Assembly: GCF_001194135.2 (NCBI RefSeq)
Contig: NC_069000.1
Location: forward strand, 38,409,161 to 38,441,551
Reading direction: 5' to 3'
Length of the DNA: 32,391 bases
Source: Octopus bimaculoides
Taxonomy: Eukaryota
Shown here: positions 32,157 to 32,391 of the stretch, piece by piece
How positions within the stretch are numbered: the stretch's first letter is position 1
Layout: each line of letters begins with the position of its first letter
Program-made: the position numbers and the translations under genes
Notes under the pieces: generated by a model
Told to the model about the DNA's origin: nothing
Database searches by the model: none
What the model saw: the letters and a program-made list of their open reading frames with translations, nothing else

Positions 32157-32305
32157 AGCTTTTTAGTCAAAGAAATCGACCCCAGGACATATTCTTTGCA
32201 AATTGATCGCTTTTGCTGAACCACTAAGTTACGGGGACATAAACATAGCAACATTGTCAAGCGATGGCAGACACTCGCGTGCATACACACACACACACAC
32301 ATACA
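32157..32305 (-). mobile_element. SINE family A, 3' half
   Basis: TTTTAGTC..AATCGACCCCAGGAC..CTAAGTTACGGGGACATAAAC..GTCAAGCGATGG, (CA)n. Confidence 0.75.
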
Positions 32306-32351
32306 TGACGTTAGGAAGGGCACATATATATATACACGGCGTTAGGAACGG

Positions 32352-32391
<40 letters not shown>

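Overview
AT-rich, gap-containing eukaryotic DNA. The SINE content (tRNA-derived heads, CORE-like segment, internal microsatellites) points to an octopus/coleoid cephalopod genome; this is inferred from repeat families, not proven. The only protein-coding gene I can support is the FACT subunit SPT16 (SUPT16H) on the + strand. Four consecutive phase-0 coding exons are present (26907-27005, 28787-28951, 30015-30074, 31463-31555). The first coding exon was not found, and the gene continues past the window end. The rest is a patchwork of at least four SINE-like families, CR1/L2-type and RTE-type LINE 3' fragments, a decayed Tc1 transposon, hAT, piggyBac and mariner-type MITEs, a higher-order satellite and many microsatellites. 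Almost all ORF-track entries are repeat artefacts. Highlights beyond routine annotation are: a near-complete type I hammerhead ribozyme fold of the Penelope/retrozyme kind at 5679-5762 (-), with two weaker candidates; a family of palindromic GGTAAT-ended MITEs with 8-9 bp TSDs that carry telomere-like TTAGGG/CCCTAA repeats; inverted SINE pairs bracketing SPT16 exons (possible dsRNA, editing or back-splicing substrates); and a CpG-poor block at about 9.4-13.7 kb that may mark an unrecognised gene body.
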